DNA from: a virus
DNA: 64,000 bases
Virus record (IMG/VR): IMGVR_UViG_3300027792_000011
Strand: one strand, 5' to 3'
Part shown: in pieces, positions 36,264 through 46,700 of the stretch
Layout: the number at the start of each line of letters is the position of its first letter
Numbering within the stretch: the first letter of the stretch is position 1
Notes under the pieces: generated by a model
Seen by the model: the letters and a program-made list of their open reading frames with translations, nothing else
What the model was told of the DNA's origin: nothing
Databases searched by the model: none
Program-made: the position numbers and the translations under genes

Positions 36264-36606
36264 GATGGTGATCTGCCCACGATGTGCCTATCCTTATATT
36301 GGTGATGCTAGGATCGTATCCGAGAGAGAAGTGATCTGTGTGCGTTGCGATTGGAAGGGTTTGTCATCTAAGCTGCTCATCGTTGACGACGACAAGATCA
36401 TTGATCCAAGGGTATTCGACAAGTTGTACGCCTTGCTACACGAGGAGATAGCTCCGACAGTAGGAAGATTTCTACTTCAGTTAGGTATCGTTCAGCGAGG
36501 ATCATCTCCAGAACATCTGAAGCATCTAGCGGAAGTCCTTCGAGACTTCTCCTCGGCAGGATTCGAGGCGATTGTCAGAAAGGTACTGAACCCAAATGTC
36601 CATTGA
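36256..36606 (+). CDS. Zinc-ribbon protein
   Basis: CPRC...CVRC. Confidence 0.65.
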   Translation: MDEMVICPRCAYPYIGDARIVSEREVICVRCDWKGLSSKLLIVDDDKIIDPRVFDKLYALLHEEIAPTVGRFLLQLGIVQRGSSPEHLKHLAEVLRDFSSAGFEAIVRKVLNPNVH

Positions 36607-36847
36607 AGATAGTAAGATCATTGCACCAGTTCCTCCAAGGAGTACCTACTGTTGGCTCCACAGTGAGAGAATGTGCGGTGGTGATTGCGAGGCATTTGAT
36701 CCTGTCGCAGCTCGAGATGAGCAGGGAAAGAGGACAGCATGCAGACTGGTCAACAGTTTGGAGGGTCTGGGGAAGGCATTCGTTTCGATAGCCAGGTCCA
36801 AGAAGGAAATGCCGGGAGCGAGTCTGACTCCACCGAAGGTGATGTGA
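36596..36847 (+). CDS. Hypothetical Cys-containing protein
   Basis: CW....R.C..DC.AF motif. Confidence 0.6.
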   Translation: MSIEDSKIIAPVPPRSTYCWLHSERMCGGDCEAFDPVAARDEQGKRTACRLVNSLEGLGKAFVSIARSKKEMPGASLTPPKVM

Positions 36848-37281
36848 TCCTCGGTGTAGTAAGCATAGGATCACACGATACGATTGGTGCTGGTGGTCGT
36901 CGTTGTGGGTATGTAATGGGCCTGGTAGATCTAACAGGGAAGAAGTACTACGTCGATATTTCTGAGAATACATATCGGGACATAGTGGATGTCTATGTGG
37001 CAGCAGTTCGAGGTTACGAAGCAGTAGATCAACATACCCCTGCGCCAGTAGGGAAGGATCCAACGGGTTCTCCCGAAGAGATAGAGCGCATGAAGTCTGT
37101 GCTCGAGCAAACTACCTCTACCGATGCCATGAGGAAGCTCGGCTTCATATCTGATGATGGCGTTGCGCAGTCCAGGACTGTTGATCCTGTTGATGACATA
37201 CTCGCAATGGCGTCTGACGAGAGTGATGACTACGAAGATCCGGGAGAGGAGAGCTTTCAGGAAGGTGTGGAGGGTTTGTGA
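36844..37281 (+). CDS. Acidic hypothetical protein
   Basis: GTGA coupling. Confidence 0.6.
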   Translation: MILGVVSIGSHDTIGAGGRRCGYVMGLVDLTGKKYYVDISENTYRDIVDVYVAAVRGYEAVDQHTPAPVGKDPTGSPEEIERMKSVLEQTTSTDAMRKLGFISDDGVAQSRTVDPVDDILAMASDESDDYEDPGEESFQEGVEGL

Positions 37282-37718
37282 TGGTGGGCGTGTGGGGTTT
37301 CTCTTGCTCCGATCTTCAGTGCAGGGCTGTGTACTCCGTAGACTATGCAGAGAGTGATACCGCAGTTCTCGAAAGTCTAGCCACGGATGGTACATGCCTT
37401 CACTGCGGAGCTGATCTAAAGATCATGCTGGCTCCTCCTAAAGAAGGAGTGCAGTTCGAGAGGTTCCAGATTCAGGAGTATTGGAGAAGGCTTCACGGAC
37501 TAGGTTCTGCCGACGAAAGAGTGATCGGCTGTACCAAAATCAAGCACCTTCTTACAAGTCAGAGAGTCATTGGTGCAGAGCTCGAGGAGTCACATACAGG
37601 AAGATGTGTGATCAAGAGCCTCACCACGGAAAACGGATGCGTTCTACACTTCGCCGTAGGATTCGGTGAAGCTGTGATCTACAAAGTTACGGAGGAAAGA
37701 CAATGCCAGGAAGAGTAG
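37278..37718 (+). CDS. Zinc-finger hypothetical protein
   Basis: CSDLQC...CLHCG. Confidence 0.65.
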   Translation: MMVGVWGFSCSDLQCRAVYSVDYAESDTAVLESLATDGTCLHCGADLKIMLAPPKEGVQFERFQIQEYWRRLHGLGSADERVIGCTKIKHLLTSQRVIGAELEESHTGRCVIKSLTTENGCVLHFAVGFGEAVIYKVTEERQCQEE

Positions 37719-38032
37719 TGAACTATGAGAACGACTATGACGAGAGAGTAACGCCGAAGACGCTGCATGGCATCAAGGAAGTGAAGTTGCTGCTCATCCA
37801 GTGCTCCAATGCTGACGGGCGTACGCAAGTTCTCCTCGGGCTCGAGGTCGAGCCCGGTGATGTCAGAACCTTCCCTGAGAAGAGTTGGGAGAGCTTGGGG
37901 CGTCCAAGCGAGTGGCTCATGGCGCAGATCAATGAGCAGTTCTACGGAAGGAAACCGGCTGCCACAGATAGGCAACCAGCCAAGAAAGCAACTACGGTGC
38001 CTGTTTCGGTCAAGATGGACAACGCAGTATAG
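37703..38032 (+). CDS. Hypothetical protein
   Basis: GGAGG RBS. Confidence 0.65.
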   Translation: MPGRVVNYENDYDERVTPKTLHGIKEVKLLLIQCSNADGRTQVLLGLEVEPGDVRTFPEKSWESLGRPSEWLMAQINEQFYGRKPAATDRQPAKKATTVPVSVKMDNAV

Positions 38033-38041
38033 GAGGAACAG

Positions 38042-38350
38042 ATGATCAGGCCAATGGGTGACTGGATATTGGTGAAGCCAAATCCAGATGAGTCGAGTAC
38101 TGAGGAAGGGATCATCATTCCAGGAGAGGCACGACGGACGGCTGTGAAGACCGGTGTGGTCAAAGCAGTTGGACCTGGGAGGATCAACGAGAAAGGGAAC
38201 AGGGTGCCCCCAGATGTGAATGTTGGTGACACTGTTTCCTACATCTTTGCCTTGGAGAAGAGTAGGACTGGGGAATGTATGAAGATGTCGCTTGGAACCG
38301 ACGAGTTCATGCTTAGGGAAGCCGATGTCCTCACAGTCACCAGTGAGTAA
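38042..38350 (+). CDS. groES: GroES co-chaperonin
   Basis: IRPMGDWILVK, GIIIP mobile loop, G.VKAVGPG, VNVGDTV, LREADVL. Confidence 0.92.
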   Translation: MIRPMGDWILVKPNPDESSTEEGIIIPGEARRTAVKTGVVKAVGPGRINEKGNRVPPDVNVGDTVSYIFALEKSRTGECMKMSLGTDEFMLREADVLTVTSE

Positions 38351-38513
38351 GAATGTCCGGTTGAGCTGCCGTATGGATAGGGGGCTGATGCTTTGGATTC
38401 AGATGTACGCAAGGCAGCACGGTACTACTGTTACTCAGATCATAAAGGCCCACTTTCAAGATCTGAGAGAGCAGCACTCAGTGTTGAAGCGTAGAGAGGT
38501 AGATCAGATCTAA
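38343..38513 (+). CDS. Ribbon-helix-helix DNA-binding protein
   Basis: VRLSCRMD..L......YA..HGTTVTQII pattern. Confidence 0.65.
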   Translation: MSKNVRLSCRMDRGLMLWIQMYARQHGTTVTQIIKAHFQDLREQHSVLKRREVDQI

Positions 38514-39088
38514 TGCCCGCGAGCTACGAGGAAGCAAAACATAGCTTCGATATTCATACTGGAGCTACGCAAGATGACATTGCTGACATGCTTCGTGCGC
38601 TTCTCAGTACCAAGGCTGTGGTCAGAAAAGTAGTCATCGAGGTAACTCCAGGACAAGGGCGTCAGGGAAAGATGACAGTAGATATGCTGACGCCGAAGAT
38701 AGGACCCCCTGATGGTGAAATACTGGAACCTGATCCAGAGAACCTATGGCAGATGATGAGCAGAATCCCACTCACGACACCTGATCTCAAGAAGGTGAAG
38801 ATGCGTGTACCCGCTGTGATGCGTTCTGTTGCGTTGATCATGCAGGCTGCTCTGTCCGCGGAATCAGAAGCTAGGATACCTGTTGGATGGATGATCAACG
38901 AAGATACTACCATATTCATGAAATGGCTTGGTTTACGGCTTTCAATCATGCCGTCCGTATACATGAACCTTCCTCTGCTACGTGTACCGTTCGTGGAGAA
39001 AGATCGCCTAGTACTTCTTTGTGCAAGAAGCAGGAAGATGGATCCAGTACGCAGCGAACGCGGTTTGGTTCTGCAGATGGAGGCTTGA
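38513..39088 (+). CDS. Hypothetical protein
   Basis: TAATG coupling. Confidence 0.7.
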   Translation: MPASYEEAKHSFDIHTGATQDDIADMLRALLSTKAVVRKVVIEVTPGQGRQGKMTVDMLTPKIGPPDGEILEPDPENLWQMMSRIPLTTPDLKKVKMRVPAVMRSVALIMQAALSAESEARIPVGWMINEDTTIFMKWLGLRLSIMPSVYMNLPLLRVPFVEKDRLVLLCARSRKMDPVRSERGLVLQMEA

Positions 39089-39089
39089 A

Positions 39090-39377
39090 ATGGTAAGGAA
39101 GATAATCTGCTCAATCTATGAAGATCGGCCAGAAATGTGCAAGAGCTACCCACAAACAGATGGGCGTTACGTACCCCCATCCTGCGGGTTCTTCTTTCCG
39201 GGTGACGGTACTCGTCACGGAGAGTGTGATCCTGAATGTGAGGCCGCCTGCTGTCGCCTTACTAGACAGGATGGTGAACCGTTGGGGTACCCACTAGAGG
39301 ACTATCTTGGTGGCCTTCCATGCAAGCACCTTGCTTTGATCGAGGGAGAAGATGACGAGAAAGCGAAGGAAGGATAG
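39090..39377 (+). CDS. YkgJ-like cysteine-cluster protein
   Basis: CSIYEDRPEMCKSYP motif. Confidence 0.7.
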   Translation: MVRKIICSIYEDRPEMCKSYPQTDGRYVPPSCGFFFPGDGTRHGECDPECEAACCRLTRQDGEPLGYPLEDYLGGLPCKHLALIEGEDDEKAKEG

Positions 39378-39930
39378 TTCGGTATTGGATGAGGCGATTG
39401 CCGACGATCTGAAAGTTGCGCTATCTAGCTTCAGTTTCATCGAAGTCCTGGATCAAAGCATGACAACTGGTAGGGCGCGCATTCTTATGCGTGTGCACGA
39501 TGACTCATCTTGGTTGCCAGTACTGAAGCTGATTCTGCGTGAGGAAAGACGGCAGACGGAGGATCGTTGGTCCATTCACGTATGCAGGCAGTTCATGCTA
39601 CGCCCTGACAACGACGATGTACTGGCGTTTGCCTGGAACTTCATCCTACGCAGCAGTAACCTCAAAGGAGCCATAGCAGACATTTGTCGTGTGATCGACG
39701 TAGCTAAGAATGCGATCACATTTGAAAGTGGTTCTCAGCACCGTCGTAGCGCTCCAACTATCAGAGGTAAGAAGCCGAGAATGCAGACCAAGGCCCAACC
39801 TAACCGCAACATGGTCGGTGACATCATGGAATATCCGCTCATGGCAAATCCAAACAGAAATTTGCCTGAAGTACCTCTCTTTTCAAAAGAGAGGGGCAAG
39901 CAGAAGGGTGCCCATTTGATCGGAGGGTGA
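39352..39930 (+). CDS. Hypothetical protein
   Basis: ORF with RBS. Confidence 0.7.
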   Translation: MTRKRRKDSSVLDEAIADDLKVALSSFSFIEVLDQSMTTGRARILMRVHDDSSWLPVLKLILREERRQTEDRWSIHVCRQFMLRPDNDDVLAFAWNFILRSSNLKGAIADICRVIDVAKNAITFESGSQHRRSAPTIRGKKPRMQTKAQPNRNMVGDIMEYPLMANPNRNLPEVPLFSKERGKQKGAHLIGG

Positions 39931-39931
39931 G

Positions 39932-40666
39932 ATGAGCTTCTTTGGGCCTAAGCAACAACAGCTCCTAGATGCAGCAAGGACTGCTAGGATCGATCCAGCT
40001 CAGCTTCTTCCTTACGAGTCGAAGCTACTAGCAGAAGCTGGAGCTACGCTAGAGGACATCACTAGACCGCTTACGGCAGACGAACGGGCTGCAGTAGAAT
40101 CGAAGCGGCAGGCAATCAAGTCGCTACTTACAGAGGACACAACACTCAGGGCAAAATTCAAGATCGAGATTATGTGCGGGTCTGATAGATCCGTGGATAA
40201 ACCTTTTCGCGGATCTATTGTAGTCTTCAGAAGCGGAACTGCATTGCACGGTGGAGGAGATGAGGTAGTGTATCCATGTGTTGATCCACTATGTCCTGGA
40301 TTCATTCCACCAGAGCTGATCATGACAGCAGTAGGTAAGGCTGGTTGCCCAAAGTGTCAGCGTGTATGGGATCAAAGTAAGCTCAGGGAGATGTTCCTGG
40401 CTGTACTCCCAGCACAGAAGTGGGCATTCGTTCTATCTAGATTCTTCGTTCGTCTTGGACACGACGCTGATCTCTATCTCAAGAGCGCCCCCATAGACAT
40501 CAGAAAGAATACGATGTCGGAGAAAGAGAAGGATCAGGGAGGGATGCAATTGGCAGTTGCGCGAACTAGGAGACAACCGGTAATCTACCCACTGGATAGG
40601 ATCTACAAAGATCTTAGCAATGGAGCGAACCTGGAGCAGCGCTTCAGAGCCTTCGTGACGGCATAG
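39932..40666 (+). CDS. Hypothetical protein with zinc finger
   Basis: CVDPLC...CPKC. Confidence 0.7.
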   Translation: MSFFGPKQQQLLDAARTARIDPAQLLPYESKLLAEAGATLEDITRPLTADERAAVESKRQAIKSLLTEDTTLRAKFKIEIMCGSDRSVDKPFRGSIVVFRSGTALHGGGDEVVYPCVDPLCPGFIPPELIMTAVGKAGCPKCQRVWDQSKLREMFLAVLPAQKWAFVLSRFFVRLGHDADLYLKSAPIDIRKNTMSEKEKDQGGMQLAVARTRRQPVIYPLDRIYKDLSNGANLEQRFRAFVTA

Positions 40667-40668
40667 CG

Positions 40669-40938
40669 ATGACTACACTCAGTGAAATGATAGATCGCCT
40701 CAATACGCTTCGAGCTAAGATTCACCTGATAGAGTCATTGAAGAGCATGATCAGTGACGAAACCTTCGAGAAGGAAACGAGGGCTTCAGGTGAGGCGATA
40801 GACGATCTGCTTATCGATGTTGATAGTGCTCTTCTAGCGCCAGTGCTCGAAGAGATCGAAATGTTGGAAGGTATGGAGATCCAGAATGGGAAAGTCGAAA
40901 AAGAATCCCCCAAGAAAAGGAAACGTAAGAGTGGCTGA
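40669..40938 (+). CDS. Hypothetical protein
   Basis: Operon position. Confidence 0.6.
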   Translation: MTTLSEMIDRLNTLRAKIHLIESLKSMISDETFEKETRASGEAIDDLLIDVDSALLAPVLEEIEMLEGMEIQNGKVEKESPKKRKRKSG

Positions 40939-41386
40939 TGTTACCAAGCGTATTGTTGATGCAACTGCTATTCGAGTATCAGAAGCGCTTGCTCATATGG
41001 ACAAGAAGCTGATCGGATTCGTACAAGCATTCCAGCAGAACCTGAACCAGCTCTACATGAATCAGAAGTCCATCGGCGACATGAGCTACACGAACAACGT
41101 CCATGCTGCTGTTCTACGCGAAGTGATGTACGATAAGGGTCTGCTCACGAAGGAAGAATATGAAGCTGGAATCGAGAAGGAACTGGCCGTTCGGGAAGCG
41201 ATCCAAAAGAAGCAGGCAGAGGAGGCTGAACAGCTTGCTGAGGAGCTAAGAAAGAAGCAGGCGGAAGAAGCTGCTGCACGAATTGCAGCAGAAGCACCTG
41301 CTCCTTCAGAGGAAGTGTTCGATCCACAAGTATTCGGTGGGGATTTCAAGGAGGAAGCTATTGGGCAAGCTGTACAAGGAGAATAG
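40886..41386 (+). CDS. Coiled-coil hypothetical protein
   Basis: GGAG RBS. Confidence 0.65.
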   Translation: MGKSKKNPPRKGNVRVADVTKRIVDATAIRVSEALAHMDKKLIGFVQAFQQNLNQLYMNQKSIGDMSYTNNVHAAVLREVMYDKGLLTKEEYEAGIEKELAVREAIQKKQAEEAEQLAEELRKKQAEEAAARIAAEAPAPSEEVFDPQVFGGDFKEEAIGQAVQGE

Positions 41387-41510
41387 GGACACGTCGAAGA
41401 TCGTATGTCCTCACTGCAAGAGCGAGATGGCCACCAAGAAAGTGGTGAACGGTGTTTCCGTTCTCTTCTGCATGAAGTGCAGGACGCAGTTCAAGACAAC
41501 TCCGATCTAG
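41361..41510 (+). CDS. Small zinc-ribbon protein
   Basis: TTG start after AAGGAGG; CPHC...CMKC. Confidence 0.55.
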   Translation: MGKLYKENRDTSKIVCPHCKSEMATKKVVNGVSVLFCMKCRTQFKTTPI

Positions 41511-42856
41511 GAAAGTCTCGCATCGAATGCCTCGTTAGAGGACTTGTCAGGATGCCACTCAAGAAAGATCGGATGCTGGAGGGCGTTGGTATCATCTCCT
41601 TCGGCTATGAAGGTGCGAGACTCGTACTTGATCCTAGCAACTCCAGCAATGCCACGATTGTTGGCCGCTCTACGAAGGACGTACCTACGTTGATCTTCGG
41701 TGAACCCGGATCCACAATTGCAGATGTAGTGCATTGCTCCTTCGGGTCCGAATTGGTAGAGAGCCACAACACCCGGAAGATCCTTCAACCTACCTTTTCC
41801 GTAGCGACCACCGGGCTTGCCGCCGCTCCAGGTCATATCGGGATCAAACACTACGATGAAGTCTCCTTCCAGGATTGGTTTCCATTTCCAAGCTTCAGGT
41901 CGATCTTCACGTCCTCGAAAGTTGACGACAGCATCCCCGAAGATGGCCTCAGCGTCGTAGATCACCAGACCCTCGAGGCTCTCATCGCGAACAGTGATCA
42001 TCAGTTCATCGAGAGGATTGTCGGAGGATACTGTAGTGAGTGTTTCCATGACCTGAAGGTATTGGAACTTCCTGCTACCGATCTTCCTGTACATGAAGTC
42101 GATCCATTCTCCTACTGGAAGCTCTGCCATGATCTGCTTTCCAGCCCAGTAAGGAATTCCAAGAACGATAGCTGTTGGTCTGCGGAATGGGTCGTCTTGG
42201 AGAAGAACAGCTCTCTCTGGAAGACTCCTATCGAGAGTCTGCATCAGTCTCCTGTTGTCCATTCCGTTCTCCACGACGACAAGCTCTGTGAGAAGAATGG
42301 TCTTGGGCGGAAACTTGGCATTCGCGATCTCACGAGCGAGGTATGGATAGTTTGCCGTGCAAAGATCCATTCTCCTCGTGAAGATATGAACGTGATCGTC
42401 GTCGATGAAGATGGGATGCATCATCCCGTCTCTTTTGATCGTGAAGATAGCCCTATCAGAATCGATAACCTCTTGCAGGCGGGCCATCTCCTTGCTTCCT
42501 TCTTCCGGCTGGTGACGACACTTCATGAATCGAAGATTCTTGGCGGGGTTGGAGAAGTTGATCTCGTCATCCCTAGTGGATCTCAGAACCTCTCCAGTAT
42601 TGGGGTCGACTTCTTGGTAGCCGAGTCGTTCGATCTTGTCCCTGATGTGACGATCGGCAACGAGTATAGCCTGCGTCTTGGCGTCCTTGTACCCCTTCGT
42701 TCCAAACTTGCCGACAGGTCCGGGTCGATCATGAGTCTGCTTCATCTTCCCTCCGGCGATGCCGGATTCCATGAAAACTACCTCACCGTCGACACCGATC
42801 CTCCATTCGAGCGGGTTGATCTTACCACTTTGCCTGAACACTCTCACTTCAATCAC
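41507..42856 (-). CDS. lig: ATP-dependent DNA ligase with WGR-like N-terminus
   Basis: Motif I KRDG, FTRR, EGLVI, KWK, OB-fold CGSGFT...RIKY...LQHPIF. Confidence 0.88.
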   Translation of the reverse strand: MIEVRVFRQSGKINPLEWRIGVDGEVVFMESGIAGGKMKQTHDRPGPVGKFGTKGYKDAKTQAILVADRHIRDKIERLGYQEVDPNTGEVLRSTRDDEINFSNPAKNLRFMKCRHQPEEGSKEMARLQEVIDSDRAIFTIKRDGMMHPIFIDDDHVHIFTRRMDLCTANYPYLAREIANAKFPPKTILLTELVVVENGMDNRRLMQTLDRSLPERAVLLQDDPFRRPTAIVLGIPYWAGKQIMAELPVGEWIDFMYRKIGSRKFQYLQVMETLTTVSSDNPLDELMITVRDESLEGLVIYDAEAIFGDAVVNFRGREDRPEAWKWKPILEGDFIVVFDPDMTWSGGKPGGRYGKGRLKDLPGVVALYQFGPEGAMHYICNCGSGFTEDQRRYVLRRAANNRGIAGVARIKYESRTFIAEGDDTNALQHPIFLEWHPDKSSNEAFDARLS

Positions 42857-42882
42857 CTCCTAACATCCGCTAGACCGATGCT

Positions 42883-42890
42883 CTTATAAC
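42883..42890 (-). promoter_or_regulatory. GTTATAAG promoter motif for the ligase
   Basis: CTTATAAC on the + strand, 27 nt before the ligase start. Confidence 0.65.
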
Positions 42891-42910
42891 AGGTTTGAGG
42901 AGATCATAAG

Positions 42911-43129
42911 ATGAGCGAACCAAAGATCAAAGTGCTTGTTGAGAACGTAGATGGCCTGACCAGACGTCAGGTAGTAGACGAAGTAGTAGAGCGTGAGCTG
43001 AACGAGTTCAATAGTTGGTTTACCGAAACGTTCAGAGGTGCAGCGCCAATGGCTAGCTTCGAGAAAGCTATGGTGAAGAGCTACGTGATGTGGAAGATCA
43101 AAGATCAGATTGAGGCGATCAAGAGCTAA
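42911..43129 (+). CDS. Hypothetical protein
   Basis: GAGGAG RBS. Confidence 0.65.
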   Translation: MSEPKIKVLVENVDGLTRRQVVDEVVERELNEFNSWFTETFRGAAPMASFEKAMVKSYVMWKIKDQIEAIKS

Positions 43130-43243
43130 TAAATTCTGGGCGCAGCCCGCGTGTGCGTTGCGTCTTGACGTTTCAGCTGCCCGAGGTTCCTCACAATACT
43201 TATACCGATCTAATGGAGAAACCTACGGAGGCTCTCCACGCGT

Positions 43244-43609
43244 TCATCGGGCCTTCCTTCGGGCTTTCGCCCTTTGCTCCCTCTTTTTCCTTCTTTCCTC
43301 CTCCTTCTTTCTTCTCTCGAGTTCCCCCTTGAGCGCCATGATGACGCTCGCGAGGGTCCCTTGTACGGCGGCATTCTTCTTGTTGGCGGTCTTCGCCGCC
43401 GCCTTGAACAGAGCGGCCATCTTCTTCTGCGCCTCTAGCGACTTCGATCGTTCTTCTTGTCGGGCGCTTCTCACCTGGTACTCGCTGTCTGCGTCACAGA
43501 CATCGAGCACCATCTCCAATGCCGCTCCCGCAGCTATGATCGGGCCGCCAAGCCCGTCAGCGGCGAACTGCCCCAGTGATTCGAGGCAGAAGTATAGTGG
43601 GTTTGCCAT
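43244..43609 (-). CDS. Basic coiled-coil hypothetical protein
   Basis: AAAGGAGG RBS; promoter variant TATATAAG at 43641-43634. Confidence 0.6.
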   Translation of the reverse strand: MANPLYFCLESLGQFAADGLGGPIIAAGAALEMVLDVCDADSEYQVRSARQEERSKSLEAQKKMAALFKAAAKTANKKNAAVQGTLASVIMALKGELERRKKEEERRKKREQRAKARRKAR

Positions 43610-43708
43610 CTATACTTCCTCCTTTCTATTGATCTTATATACATGATGAGACAGCAATTTCTGCTCTAATGTGGTAACTTCACGTAAGAAGAGCGGAGAG
43701 TAGTCCCC

Positions 43709-46700
43709 ATGATGAGTTCGCAGCAGATCGCAGCGATGGCATCGCAGCAACAAGCGATGTTTGGAAACTTCCAATCGTATGCAGCGCAGATCACTCCTGC
43801 TTATGGAGCTGGTCCTGGAATGGGGGCTTTGAGACCTCCTGTCATGGGCGGCTATCACACTGGATCCCCACCAATGATGCCCCCACCCCCACCTCCAATG
43901 CCCGGTCTCAACATGGGTTACGGGGGCGGAATGATGCAGATGGCCACAATGATGCCGTATGCGTCTCCGCAGATGGGAATGCAGCAGGTGATGGGGGAGC
44001 AACTTGCCGGATCTTTTACGGGCGGATTATCCACTGTGGGGTCGGGTCTCGCTCGTATTGGCGGATACGGTGCTCTCGGAGCTGCTGGCCTGAGCATGCT
44101 CGGTATGGGCGGAATGGGTATGGCAGCTCTTGGCGGCCTACCTGGAATGGCAGTTGTGGGCGGCCTAGAAGCAGGGGCCTACGGCCTCAGTCAGATGCAT
44201 GCCGGCTTCCAAGAACGACAGAATGTGAACAGAGTTCTTCGCCAACGCTTTGGCGGAATGATGGGGATCGGCGGTGGTCGTGGTGGGATGGGGTTCAATA
44301 CCCAGGAGATGGGTCAAGTTTCTTCGATGGTTCGTGGCATGGCAGATCAAGACATGTACACGAGCTTTGATGAGCTGACGCGGTTGATGGATCGTACAGC
44401 GCAGATGGGGTTGTACAGAGGAGTACAAGGAGCGCGGCAGTTCCAGACCAGGTTCAAGGAGACAGTTGCTTCGCTGACAGAGATCGCGAAGACAATGCAT
44501 ACCTCCCTCGAAGGCGCCACTCAGTTCTTCGAGCAGGCCAGAGGACAGGGCTTCTTCTCTGGAAGAGACATCACAGCGACGTTGACGCAGACCAGGATGG
44601 CTGCAGGAGCCTCTGGTATGTCCATGGATCAGATGATGTCTATCAGAAACCAGGGTACCCAGATGGGACGCATGATGGGTATGCGTGGCCGAACTGGAGC
44701 TGGAGCCATGATGCAGATGGCTACCAACATCGGGGTTGGTATGCAGACCGGTGCCATCAGCGATGAATTGATCTCAGAGGCTACTGGCGGATTGATGGGT
44801 GCCGAAGGCGCGCAAGCTGCTGCCGGTATGATGATGCAGTCAAACGCTAGATGGCTACGAAGAGGTGCCGGCCGTGTGATGTTGGCAGGACTTTGGGATC
44901 CAGCAACGGGTGGAATCAACAGAGAACGTCTAGCTCAGGTAATGTCCGGGGGAATGAGCTTCCAGGACGTTCGAGCTATGGGTCGTGCGAACATATCCGG
45001 AACTGGTGGTAGGAGATCAGAGTTCTTTGCTAACGAAGAGCGACTTGGAGGTATGCTTCAGGAAGCGGGAGGTGGGGCGATTCAATTTGGAATGCTAGAG
45101 GAGCATATCAGAGCTCGTCGTGGAGTTACCTCAGACGATCCTATCGGTGAGCGATTCATTCGTAGACAGACTGGCTGGTCTCAAGCCGAGTTCGAGCTTC
45201 AGCGTGCAGCGTACAGAAACCTTCCCAGGATCCTCGAAGATAGATCTATGAGAGAGGCGCAGCAGAATGAAACAGCTATGCGTACTCGATCCATGGAGGG
45301 GAGGGGTGTTGCTGGAGCGCAGAGGCGTATACAGCATTGGTGGCAGACAGAGGTTACAAGTCCGATCAGGCAGATGGGTGATGACCTTGTAACTTCGTTC
45401 ACAACGAAGGTTGATGAGATCTTCAATCAGATGGAAGGAAACGTGAAGCTCACTATTTCTGAGCGTACTCAGGGTCTATTGACTGAGTATGCTAGAACAG
45501 GTGAACTCGGCAAAGATCTTATGTCCTTCAAGCGCTATCAGGAACTTAGTCGGAAGCTAAGAACTACTAGTGATGAGGGTGGGTTTTGGGGAGGTGTTGG
45601 TCGGTCATTGGGTATGCGTCCTGGAACAATTGATGAGAGATTCAACGACATTGGAGGGTATCTATATAGTCGAGCCGGTAAGGGTCTAGACATTGGCGCC
45701 AAACTAACACAGAAACAGAAGGAAGATTTCATCAATAAGTATTACGAAGAATCGAACATGAGCGCATCTGAACTTGGATTTACTAGCGATCAAATACAGA
45801 AGCTTAGTGGGCGTGCAAGTCAGATACTGACGTCTAAGATCGGAACAGGAGCCAGACTTCAGGAGTTCCGAGAACAACTTAGTAGATTTCCTCTTATGTC
45901 AGGTGAGGAGAAAGATCTTTTCTTCCAGACCAGACTTGATATGTACCAAAGCGGCGACCAAGATATCAAAAAGTTCTTCGCTAAGTTGAGTGGTAGTAGG
46001 GCGAAACAGTATGCTGGACTAGCTCAACTAGAACGTGGATTTGGTAAGGGCATTGAGATGCCCGTTGATGCGATGGGGGGTGTCAAATCCTATGAGACAC
46101 TACGAACACAACTAAAGAGCGCAGCTGATAACGAAAAGTCTGTAATGAATCGACTAGCTGCTAAGCTTTTGGGTGGTGGATACGGTACTGAGTGGGCTTA
46201 TCAAACTACAACTGAAAGGAAAGAGGGTACTGGGTGGTGGGGTACTAGTTTCATGGGAGAGTCTAAAGAGATAACGAAAAAGATTGCAGGAAAAAAGCTA
46301 CTCGATGAAATAAGAATGCGAGAAAATACGGGATTTATGGACCAGGATTCTAGCCTCGAAAGTAAAAGTAGCGCCCTAAGAAGATATGCCGTATCAATTA
46401 CAGGTTTGATGTCCGATGAGGGTACAAGAGATCTACTTATAAGAGCATCGAGGCCTGGCGGTGATCCTGCGGCACTAAAAAGGCTGCAGGAACTATCGAG
46501 GATGGACGAAAAACAGGCAAAAGATTTTGGTGTCAGCGATGTCGAGGCACTAGGCAAGCTCACTCAGAGAATCGCCAATGACGATACAAAGGTCAAGAAC
46601 GATATATCAAGTCTAGCCGAGTCCTCAAATCTACGAGATATGATAGCCGTATCTCAGCGAGTAAAAGAATCAGGTGCGGCTCTGGATAAGTCGCTGCGGA

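Noticed and set aside
41405-42889. 494-aa + strand ORF
   Set aside because: Antisense shadow of the ligase, which has clear motifs, an RBS and a promoter on the minus strand
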